Below are positions 7,850 to 15,078 of a stretch of 51,282 bases of DNA, piece by piece. The stretch comes from a virus (lineage: Duplodnaviria > Caudoviricetes), in IMG/VR virus record IMGVR_UViG_3300028610_001208, positions 1 to 51,282 of that record, one strand, 5' to 3'. Position 1 is the first letter of the stretch. Each line of letters opens with the position of its first letter. Below the pieces are notes generated by a model. The model worked only from the letters and a program-made list of their open reading frames with translations. It did no database searches and was not told the origin of the DNA. The position numbers and the translations under genes are program-made.

Positions 7850-8581
7850 CTACTCCAATCCGCCGCCCGGTGGTGGCAGGGTAAACGGCGGATCAACCTC
7901 GAAGGCAAAGATACCGATTACGCTTTGTCGGCCGCCTTCGGTCTGGAACCGTATATACCAGACTCTCTTCACTTGTCCGGTTAGCGGGTTTACTTCGGAC
8001 TGGCAGAAAAACCATTGAATGATGGCATTCAGGCCAGAGCAATACGGTTCAGCCGGGCCGTACGTCCCACAACCTAGAGGCGTATTGTACTTGCAGTCTC
8101 CGGAGAAATGATATCCGTTTTCGGGAATAGGCATCCCTGGAGCACCGATGTCGAAACAGTACAACCCCGCGACGTCCGTGCTGCACTCCAGTCCCGTGAT
8201 ATTCATCTGCACGTTATCAACCGGCTGGACCACCCAGTCGTCATGCAGTGTCACGACAATCTCGATGACGCCGCCGTCTGCCGTCAAGCCAATGTGGCCG
8301 AGTAGCTTCTCGTCGTACATCCACGGCCATAGGTCCACGAACCGCAAGCCAACGCCGTAGAAGTATACATCGTACAGTACGCCGTCGATTTCGTGAGTGA
8401 TGATCAGCGGTGACACGATGATGTCCGTCGTGCAGAACGACTCGAAATTGATATGGCTACCGAGAAATTGGTACTCCACATCCGTCGCGTCCCACCACGG
8501 TGTCTTGTCACACGGATCAGGCAACGGCGTTGCGTTCGCTCCTGCCACCATCACAGCCAACAGCATGCACAGTTTCTTCAG
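7850..8581 (-). CDS. Predicted secreted Cys-rich protein (start CTG 8581 or ATG 8566)
   Basis: KKLCMLLAVMVAGANA signal peptide with an AxA cleavage site. Confidence 0.7.
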   Translation of the reverse strand: MKKLCMLLAVMVAGANATPLPDPCDKTPWWDATDVEYQFLGSHINFESFCTTDIIVSPLIITHEIDGVLYDVYFYGVGLRFVDLWPWMYDEKLLGHIGLTADGGVIEIVVTLHDDWVVQPVDNVQMNITGLECSTDVAGLYCFDIGAPGMPIPENGYHFSGDCKYNTPLGCGTYGPAEPYCSGLNAIIQWFFCQSEVNPLTGQVKRVWYIRFQTEGGRQSVIGIFAFEVDPPFTLPPPGGGLE

Positions 8582-8605
8582 CGTCGTTTCTTCCTTTCGT
8601 TTGAC

Positions 8606-8633
8606 TCAAAACGTGACGCCCACGCGAGCGTCA
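8606..8633 (-). terminator. Possible intrinsic terminator
   Basis: TGACGCTC-GCGT-GGGCGTCA followed by CGTTTT. Confidence 0.4.
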
Positions 8634-8653
8634 TTCATTCACGTACTCCGGGG

Positions 8654-9037
8654 CTAGTCGACTTTGATTGGCACGCCAAGCACGTCCCGCGCAGCCTGAA
8701 GCTCAGGGCAGTTGTCGCGGTAAATCGGCCACGCCACCTTGCCGTGGTAGCCGCGCACCACTTTGACTGTTGCGAGTAGTGCGACCTTCAGCCGCTCGAC
8801 CTCGGCCTCGGCTTTGTGAACCTTTGGCCACCAATCGGTTGTTTCGAGTTCTTGATTTAGAAGCTCGATCTCGGCGGTGGCGGCTTCGATGATCGCGCCC
8901 TGGGCCTTAACGCAATCGTGAACGGTATCGTGTGGACAGTCGCCCGTTGAACACCCATCACAGCCGATGAACGATCGCATCCGCGCGATCTCGGCCTCCA
9001 ACTCTTCGATCTTCTGAAACAGGGTTTCCGTTACCAT
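8654..9037 (-). CDS. Hypothetical coiled-coil protein with a Cys/His cluster
   Basis: LEAEIAR/AEAEVERLK heptads; CDGCSTGDCPH. Confidence 0.7.
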   Translation of the reverse strand: MVTETLFQKIEELEAEIARMRSFIGCDGCSTGDCPHDTVHDCVKAQGAIIEAATAEIELLNQELETTDWWPKVHKAEAEVERLKVALLATVKVVRGYHGKVAWPIYRDNCPELQAARDVLGVPIKVD

Positions 9038-9169
9038 CTCAACCGCCTTTCAATGCGACGTATCTAGCCTTTTCGGACGGTCGCCGCGTCGAGCCGCTTC
9101 TCCGTACTTCGGATTCGTTCCTCATCGTCGTGCGCTCCAAGGTAAGAAACATAAGATGCATGATCGGAC

Positions 9170-9562
9170 CTACTCTTTCCGCCAGTCCTCGACAGCCTGC
9201 TCAAGTGTCGGGTGTCGTTGGCTCATCCCCCCCCTCCGCTTGCGCTTGTGGAACGCCAACTCAAGCACGCCCTTGCTTACGGCGCTCACGCTGACCCGAA
9301 TGCAACGGTCATGCGCCAGAAACACCAGTCGTGTCATTTCATTGAAATCCCACGTCGCAAGCTCGTTTCTGAATCGCACGGAACAGAAGAGATCGCGGTC
9401 CCAGATGTTCGCCTTAGTGGTCGTAATCTTGACGATCTCGACGACATGGTGGGGGCCGTGCCACAATTCGGACAGTAAATCGAACGCCTCGTAGGCGATC
9501 GGGGACGGGTTGTCGAAGTAGTAGTCCAGGTAGTGCTTTCCTGTTTCAGTCGCTTCTGCCAT
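9170..9562 (-). CDS. Hypothetical protein
   Basis: GGAG RBS; LATWDFNEMTRLVFLAHDRCIRVSV resembles a recurrent phage family. Confidence 0.75.
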   Translation of the reverse strand: MAEATETGKHYLDYYFDNPSPIAYEAFDLLSELWHGPHHVVEIVKITTTKANIWDRDLFCSVRFRNELATWDFNEMTRLVFLAHDRCIRVSVSAVSKGVLELAFHKRKRRGGMSQRHPTLEQAVEDWRKE

Positions 9563-9609
9563 CGTTCGTCACTCCAAAGTCCGGATAATTCGGCGCCACA
9601 TATCTACTT

Positions 9610-10341
9610 TTATCGCTCGTTCCCGCTCAGCAGCTCCCATGCGCGTCGTACCACTGCTGGTACTTGTCCATTGCCAACGGCTCTAAGTCGGTCCACCCGA
9701 TGGGCCACGCCATCAGATACTCCACCGCTCTTACCGGCGGGTACAGAAAGCCGTGATTCATCCTGAACCAGTCTCGCAAATTCTGTTGATGACCACGGGT
9801 GAAGGCGCTCATGCCCGACCCCTTGCCGTCGCACGCGGTCGGCGTTGGAATAAGCGAGCCCGAACCATCGATTCCGGCGGTGGAAGGCGCCAACCTCTGC
9901 TGCTGAAACACTTTCCCATCCGATTGCACGATACCCCGTTTCGGCCAACCCTCGGAGTACGCGGGCCACGTATCCTGTTTGAACAATGGCAGGCACGTTC
10001 TCCAAGAACGTGACTGCCGGTCGTACTTCGCGAACGATTCGCAAGGTCGCTGGCCACAGGTTTCTAGGGTCTGCACCGGCAAGACGTCGGCCCCCGCAAC
10101 TGAACGGCTGGCACGGGAAGCCCGCAGTGACGACATCCACTTTTCCCCGCCAGGCGTATCCGTCAAACGTTCGCACGTCACCCCAAATCGGGAATGGATC
10201 GAGCACTCCGTCGTTCTGTCTTTGCATGAGCACTCGCCGGCAGTAGGGGTCGATCTCGACGGCGCAGACTGTTCGCCACCCGAGCAGCTTTGCCCCGAGA
10301 ATTCCGCCACCAGCGCCTGCGAACAATGCCAGCTCATTCAT
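9610..10341 (-). CDS. DNA (cytosine-5)-methyltransferase, catalytic (alpha) chain
   Basis: Motif I LFAGAGG, IV GFPCQPFS, VI ENV, VIII H.RNRWF and X LRAVGNGQVP; motif IX is absent from this frame. Confidence 0.92.
   Translation of the reverse strand: MNELALFAGAGGGILGAKLLGWRTVCAVEIDPYCRRVLMQRQNDGVLDPFPIWGDVRTFDGYAWRGKVDVVTAGFPCQPFSCGGRRLAGADPRNLWPATLRIVREVRPAVTFLENVPAIVQTGYVARVLRGLAETGYRAIGWESVSAAEVGAFHRRNRWFGLAYSNADRVRRQGVGHERLHPWSSTEFARLVQDESRLSVPAGKSGGVSDGVAHRVDRLRAVGNGQVPAVVRRAWELLSGNER
9627..10337 (-). CDS. Overprinted second (beta-like) chain of the C5-methyltransferase
   Basis: Alternative frame open for 236 aa with LIPTPTACDGKG and VEYLMAWPIGWT (motif IX-like E.LMG.P..WT). Confidence 0.7.
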   Translation of the reverse strand: MSWHCSQALVAEFSGQSCSGGEQSAPSRSTPTAGECSCKDRTTECSIHSRFGVTCERLTDTPGGEKWMSSLRASRASRSVAGADVLPVQTLETCGQRPCESFAKYDRQSRSWRTCLPLFKQDTWPAYSEGWPKRGIVQSDGKVFQQQRLAPSTAGIDGSGSLIPTPTACDGKGSGMSAFTRGHQQNLRDWFRMNHGFLYPPVRAVEYLMAWPIGWTDLEPLAMDKYQQWYDAHGSC

Positions 10342-10387
10342 CCAACGTCCCAATAATCGAGTAATTCATAATCGTCCTTTTCGGACG

Positions 10388-10906
10388 TTAGTCAGGCAGC
10401 CGCCGGTGTCCGCCCCACTCCGCGAAGCGATCCACGGCTGACGACGTCTCACGAAGAAAGTCCCCAGAGCAACCAAACCGTCTCGCCTGTTCGCAATAGT
10501 GACGCAACGTCTCCAGTGCAAGAACATCTTTGCCGCGCAGAACAAACACGGGTTCGTCCTCTCTGGGGAACTCCCCACGCTCTGTGGTAATCTTCCCGTA
10601 CTTCAAATCCCTAGCCATGACTCGTCCTTTCCGTATGCACCCGTTCGCCTTCGCCACGTCATCCTCGCTTCCGTTCGACCTGTTGAGGGCGTCCGCCGTC
10701 CGATTGTCCGGATCGGTTTTCTGAAAAAGAGTAATCCCGAGCAGCGCAGGCATGAGCGGACATCCGCTTTTGTGTAGCCCCGCACCCTGGCGACACTCCG
10801 GGCAATCGTGCGACTGAAACCACTCGGCCAACGCACAAGCCGCCCAAATGACCAAGCGCTCTTGGCATATGATACAGCTACACATCGTGTCTTTGCTCTT
10901 CGCCAC
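10388..10906 (-). CDS. Hypothetical protein: Cys-rich N-half plus a conserved DEPVFVLR.KD.LA C-half; internal in-frame start likely at ~10619
   Basis: GGAGG before GTG 10906; AAAGGA RBS before the internal MARDLKYG. Confidence 0.65.
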   Translation of the reverse strand: MAKSKDTMCSCIICQERLVIWAACALAEWFQSHDCPECRQGAGLHKSGCPLMPALLGITLFQKTDPDNRTADALNRSNGSEDDVAKANGCIRKGRVMARDLKYGKITTERGEFPREDEPVFVLRGKDVLALETLRHYCEQARRFGCSGDFLRETSSAVDRFAEWGGHRRLPD

Positions 10907-10922
10907 GTCAGCCTCCCACCGA

Positions 10923-11333
10923 TTACTTCAGCTCATTCGACACGAACTGCCAGTCCCGTAGGTCGATATCACCGTCGCTGTCCCTGTCCATCACCTCGCC
11001 CCATTTCAATGCGGCAGGTGTCACCTCGACTGACCGGATCGATCTCCCAGACACGAGCGAAACAACCGTCCGTCCGCCTGGTCCGTTCTGGTAACGATGC
11101 CAGTGGGTGTACCTCTCCAACGCCTCGCAGTGTTCACGAACATGCCAACAGTCGCGACCGGGCCGCCACACCGAATCCGGTGCTGTACCGATGCAGGGGT
11201 ACAGCTCGAGCAGGTGACACATTTCAATCACGCGCCAGCATTCTCGCCCCGGCGACCATACCGGCACGTCGCACACGTCGGCGCGAACGGAGCAGCAGAC
11301 CAAGGATAGGGCTATGATCCGTGCCGCCTTCAT
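10923..11333 (-). CDS. Predicted secreted protein with a duplicated Cys motif and a C-terminal dockerin/EF-hand-like motif
   Basis: Signal peptide; VW.PGR.CW.V.E.C..LE.Y twice; DRDSDGDIDLRDW. Confidence 0.75.
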   Translation of the reverse strand: MKAARIIALSLVCCSVRADVCDVPVWSPGRECWRVIEMCHLLELYPCIGTAPDSVWRPGRDCWHVREHCEALERYTHWHRYQNGPGGRTVVSLVSGRSIRSVEVTPAALKWGEVMDRDSDGDIDLRDWQFVSNELK

Positions 11334-11466
11334 CCGAGTTCTCCTTTAAGCCCGCACGACGCCGGCGCGACCAGATCAACTCCAGAGGGAGGCATTCTGA
11401 CCGACGCCGCACGGGCACCTGGGAGGGGCTCCGGCGCTAACCGGAGCCGTCAAACGAACGTAACAC

Positions 11467-11587
11467 TAGGCTCGGTGGGACTTGAACCCACGTTCGCGAT
11501 CGCATCCGAGAGGCGGGGAGAGTGATAGCCGCCACCGAAAACTCTCGCTACCTCCTTAGCCGCACCCCCAAAGTGCGACTCGAGCCT
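11467..11587 (-). ncRNA. tRNA-like RNA 2 (acceptor stem and T-arm, non-tRNA core)
   Basis: AGGCTCG/CGAGCCT acceptor; GTGGG-TTCAAGT-CCCAC T-arm; D and anticodon regions replaced by other hairpins. Confidence 0.65.
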
Positions 11588-11614
11588 ACCTCATCGCTTG
11601 GTGAGGCGTTGAAC

Positions 11615-11719
11615 AGGGCGGGGCAGGACTCGAACCTGCGACCCCCCGGTCTTGCGACAGCCGCTCACGCTAAACTGCCTCACCGGTGCCAGGTGCTCTA
11701 CCAACTGAGCTACCCGCCC
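11615..11719 (-). tRNA. tRNA-like RNA 1 with a 39-nt anticodon loop (no assignable anticodon)
   Basis: GGGCGGG-TA-GCTC-AGTTGGTA-GAGC-A-CCTGG-[39 nt]-CCGGG-GGGTC-GCAGG-TTCGAGT-CCTGC-CCCGCCC-T; no encoded CCA. Confidence 0.8.
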
Positions 11720-11849
11720 TTACGCCGCCGACCGACTAGGGTACGGCCGGCGGCTCTGTCGATAGTACAATCAGCGCATGGCCACTCCTTTCCGACAAGT
11801 TGAAAGGTTCGACTACCACGACGCGACGAAGTTGCCGCGCCCGAGGGTG

Positions 11850-12047
11850 CTATTTTTCTGCATCACGCAATTGTTCCGCCGCCTCTTCGAGCTTCTCTTG
11901 CAGATCGTCTCGCTCGGCGGTCATCGCCTCGAGTTCTTCTTGTAGCGCGTCAACGCGAGTTTCAATGTCTTTCCCTATCCCACCAAGCGCTCCGCACGCA
12001 TCATCTATCACGCCGCGCCAGGCCGCCGTATCGTCTGGGTCGATCAT
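11850..12047 (-). CDS. Small coiled-coil protein
   Basis: TGATG coupling to the upstream gene; heptad pattern. Confidence 0.7.
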   Translation of the reverse strand: MIDPDDTAAWRGVIDDACGALGGIGKDIETRVDALQEELEAMTAERDDLQEKLEEAAEQLRDAEK

Positions 12048-13147
12048 CACGCAGCTCCCGCGGTCGAGGCACGAGACAGCGCCCCATCCAGCTCGCCCCA
12101 CCGCCCCGGACCAAGCTTCATCACCTCGGGTTGCGACAGCATTCCGAGGCCGAACTGTTTGCGGATCGCCTCCTGTTGTCCGTGCGTCAGGTCGCGGTAG
12201 ATGTCCACCATCTCCCGGAACCGCTCCAGCGTCATGACCTCTTCCGGGGCCTCCTCTTCCGGGGGATCAGTTGCCTTCTTCTTGGCCTTCGGCTCCGGTT
12301 TCGGCTTCTCGGGTGGCGCCTCCACGGGCTTCCTCCCTGCCGCTTGGGCTGCTGCGGCGCCCACCTTGCTGGCCTTGCTGGCGTTCTTGCCGTCCGAATC
12401 GTCTCCGTCGTCTCGAAGCGCCGGGAACGCCGTGTCGACACTGAGCGTGCCGTCCCGGATCGCATTGAACATGCCGCCCAGTTCAGCCAGGACTTCGAGC
12501 GTTATCTCCTCGACCGACGATTTATCGATGCCGGACAGCAATCGCTCTTCGAACACGCCCATTTTCTGGAAGCTGCCAAGCATGGAGGTTCGACGCTCGA
12601 CCAGCGTAGTCGCGTCACCGATGGCCTTGCGCTTGCACGCCTCGTAGATGGGCGCCCACATGGGTTTCGGTACGACGCGGAACATGCCGTCGCGCATGGC
12701 GATTGAGGCCGCGGCGTTGCAGGTCGTGACGATCATGTCTTCGTTGTATCGCCGTCCGTCGCGGCCCGTGATCCGCCGCTGCTTCTCGACGGAAACCGCG
12801 AGGTTCGTCTCCAGGTCCCACACCGTAGACTGTGCCGTGACCGTAGTCGCGCCGACGTTCGTGATCCGCGTCTGCACCCGAAGGTTGCCCCATGAATGCG
12901 CGAGGATTTCCGCTAGGCGAATGCTTCCGCCCTCGATCTTCTTCCCGGCGCGGGGCAGTGCGTAGAGGCACGACTCGGCGGTGGCCACGTCCATGGTCGC
13001 GAGTTGCGTACACCTCTTGAGCGACTTAACCATGTCGCGCGGAAACTGCTTCGCCGTTCGCACCTGCATGTCCGTCTCGGCGGTCACGATCGACCGAATG
13101 GCGTCCTGGTCGACGATCTCGACTACTAATTGCGGTTCGTCGCTCAC
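12047..13147 (-). CDS. Putative ssDNA-annealing or recombination protein (exonuclease partner)
   Basis: AETDMQVRTAKQFPRD...Y.LPRAGKKIEGGSIRLAE...WGN family pattern usually found near YqaJ genes; AGGAG RBS; low-complexity C-terminal linker. Confidence 0.65.
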   Translation of the reverse strand: MSDEPQLVVEIVDQDAIRSIVTAETDMQVRTAKQFPRDMVKSLKRCTQLATMDVATAESCLYALPRAGKKIEGGSIRLAEILAHSWGNLRVQTRITNVGATTVTAQSTVWDLETNLAVSVEKQRRITGRDGRRYNEDMIVTTCNAAASIAMRDGMFRVVPKPMWAPIYEACKRKAIGDATTLVERRTSMLGSFQKMGVFEERLLSGIDKSSVEEITLEVLAELGGMFNAIRDGTLSVDTAFPALRDDGDDSDGKNASKASKVGAAAAQAAGRKPVEAPPEKPKPEPKAKKKATDPPEEEAPEEVMTLERFREMVDIYRDLTHGQQEAIRKQFGLGMLSQPEVMKLGPGRWGELDGALSRASTAGAA

Positions 13148-13161
13148 TATGTTTTCTCCTT

Positions 13162-13479
13162 TTAGAGTTTTTCCAGTTCCTTCCGTAGCACGGCGACGCT
13201 GTCGTGGATGCCGCTCGCGAAACACCGGCAAGGCATTCGCGTTGTCGCGTGCATCCCTTCCGCTTCCTTGTGGAGCCACCTCTCGCCTTCTTTTACTGGT
13301 ACGGTTGTGCGGCTGAGTTCGCAAGCAATGCATGCCAGCTTTGCCGCCCCTTCCAGCACCTCGATCTGAAAGGCGAGGATTGACCGCAACACATTGGTGC
13401 CAAGCTGTGGGTCGTTAGCATGCTGGCCAGAGTGAATGATGTTGTTGAGTTCCCATAGGTATTTTTCCGCAGTAGTCAT
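13162..13479 (-). CDS. Hypothetical protein
   Basis: ATGA overlap with the exonuclease stop. Confidence 0.6.
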   Translation of the reverse strand: MTTAEKYLWELNNIIHSGQHANDPQLGTNVLRSILAFQIEVLEGAAKLACIACELSRTTVPVKEGERWLHKEAEGMHATTRMPCRCFASGIHDSVAVLRKELEKL

Positions 13480-14402
13480 GGCTTCGCCTCCAGCTCCGGT
13501 TTCGGCTCCACGATCTCGCCCTTGGTGTACGGGTTCGCGTTCGTGTACTGCTTGACGAAACCCGGATGATCGGCATCCAGGCGAGCTTTGTCGAACTTCG
13601 TGCCCTTAATCGGCTTCAGCCAGTAACGACGCCCGTCCGGAAACTCCAGCGTGTCGCCGTCGCCCATGGCAGCCATCATCCGCGCCTTGAGTGCATCCTT
13701 CTCCGCCTTGCAGAATGCCTCTAATTGCTTGACCAGCTCGAATCGCGGCAGGATCTTCTCATCGACGCACTGCACGATCTTTCCCGGCTCTCGTATGACG
13801 CGCTGCAAGTCTTTGAGTGCAGGCGCCGTGCTGATCGTCCACGAGTCGTCCGGCTCACGGCGCGGCACGACGTACTCGTGCCAGAAGACATTCGACCGAT
13901 CCATGAGCACCTGCGCCAACTGGTCGTCGCGTTCGACGTGGAACATGGCGAACTTCAGATGTCCCGACACCAAGCACGCCGGGACGTGGCATAGCTTCTT
14001 ACCTGTGGCCAGCATGTGGCCATGGCCCTGTACGATGACGCGCGTCGGCATTTCGTCGGTACCCGGCTCGCCCCAGCCCCTGGCTGTCGCGCAGTTCAAG
14101 GCGCCCTTGCCCTCGACTGGGTTGCCGGACTCGTTCACGATGGCGTCGATGTTCACCCCGATGGGCGCGCCGTCGACTTTGCGGTACTGATTCTGCGTGA
14201 TCGGCCCCAGCTCGTCGCGGCAATACTCCATGAGCGCCTTCTCGATGTAGTTGCCGGCCTTGAGGTAGCTGTGGTCCAGGTCTTCCATCGCCTGGACCTT
14301 GGACAGCCACACTGCGTACGCGTTGCCGAACAGCATTTCGTACAGGTCGCTCGAGCCGAGATGATTGACCCGGCGCTTGCGCTGCGATTCAGTGATCGGC
14401 AT
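13476..14402 (-). CDS. YqaJ/lambda-exonuclease family recombination nuclease
   Basis: R...LGSSD, Y.VWLSK, GN.IE, NIDAIV, VEGK and Q..GHM motifs. Confidence 0.88.
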   Translation of the reverse strand: MPITESQRKRRVNHLGSSDLYEMLFGNAYAVWLSKVQAMEDLDHSYLKAGNYIEKALMEYCRDELGPITQNQYRKVDGAPIGVNIDAIVNESGNPVEGKGALNCATARGWGEPGTDEMPTRVIVQGHGHMLATGKKLCHVPACLVSGHLKFAMFHVERDDQLAQVLMDRSNVFWHEYVVPRREPDDSWTISTAPALKDLQRVIREPGKIVQCVDEKILPRFELVKQLEAFCKAEKDALKARMMAAMGDGDTLEFPDGRRYWLKPIKGTKFDKARLDADHPGFVKQYTNANPYTKGEIVEPKPELEAKP

Positions 14403-14404
14403 AG

Positions 14405-14560
14405 CTACGCCTCCTCTATGGTCGCTTCCTGTAGCGAATCGTCTGGCTGGTCGCGATTACATTCCGCGCATTGAACCGGGTAGCCGTGCTCTGCTTTGAA
14501 GTACGTCCCGCACGTGGAGCAGGAGCGCCCGGAAACCATGTCGTCAGAAATCTCGCCCAT
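14405..14560 (-). CDS. 51-aa zinc-ribbon protein (MGEISDDMVSGRSCSTCG...GYPVQCAEC)
   Basis: GGAGGT RBS; two CxxC pairs; below the ORF-track cutoff. Confidence 0.75.
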   Translation of the reverse strand: MGEISDDMVSGRSCSTCGTYFKAEHGYPVQCAECNRDQPDDSLQEATIEEA

Positions 14561-14661
14561 AGCAACACCTCCCAAGATGGTCCGCCCGGCCCGCCAGCCT
14601 GTGCGGCGTTGTGGCGACCGTCAGAAAAACGGGCGGGCGAACACTTCTTCGTGTTTACTTC

Positions 14662-14713
14662 TTGCAAAGGGCCGCCACATGAGGTAGTATACACCAGTGG
14701 CGGCTTGTTGCAA
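14662..14713. promoter_or_regulatory. Symmetric overlapping bidirectional promoter
   Basis: Plus: TTGCAA-17-TAGTAT. Minus: TTGCAA-16-TATACT. Inverted repeat GCCGCCAC/GTGGCGGC in the spacers; sits at the strand switch. Confidence 0.7.
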
Positions 14714-14746
14714 ATGAATTCTGTGAACCTTTTTGGAGATCAAACT

Positions 14747-14980
14747 ATGAGGGTGTCAATCAGGCTTCTCGCTGTCGTTCTGGTTCTCGTGGTCCTCTTG
14801 CCGTGCACCGGATGCGTGTTCGACAACCTGCTTGCGGTGGCGATGAACCCAGAGTTTGCCGGCGAGTGGGTCAACACGAGACTGGACCAGGTGGACGAGC
14901 GAGTGGACCAGGGGGAAGTTATCGGCGCACGGTGGCTCGTTATCGTCGACCAGATTCTCAGCCGAATCACCCCTGGCTAA
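14747..14980 (+). CDS. Small predicted lipoprotein
   Basis: GGAG RBS; MRVSIRLLAVVLVLVVLLPCTG/C lipobox-like signal. Confidence 0.75.
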   Translation: MRVSIRLLAVVLVLVVLLPCTGCVFDNLLAVAMNPEFAGEWVNTRLDQVDERVDQGEVIGARWLVIVDQILSRITPG

Positions 14981-15025
14981 AAACTCCAGTTGGTCGCGTT
15001 GCCTACCGTGGCCAAGTGTAGCTCC

Positions 15026-15067
15026 GGGCGTCACGTCTCAAGACGGCGTGGCGTCCATCTTTATTTT
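15026..15067 (+). terminator. Probable intrinsic terminator or attenuator
   Basis: 12-bp stem with three G-U pairs followed by ATCTTTATTTT. Confidence 0.5.
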
Positions 15068-15078
15068 CGTTGGAGATA

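Noticed and set aside
11615-11719. Ordinary tRNA-Arg(CCG) or tRNA-Cys(GCA)
   Set aside because: No 7-nt loop with U33 can be formed from either end of the insert, so no anticodon was assigned
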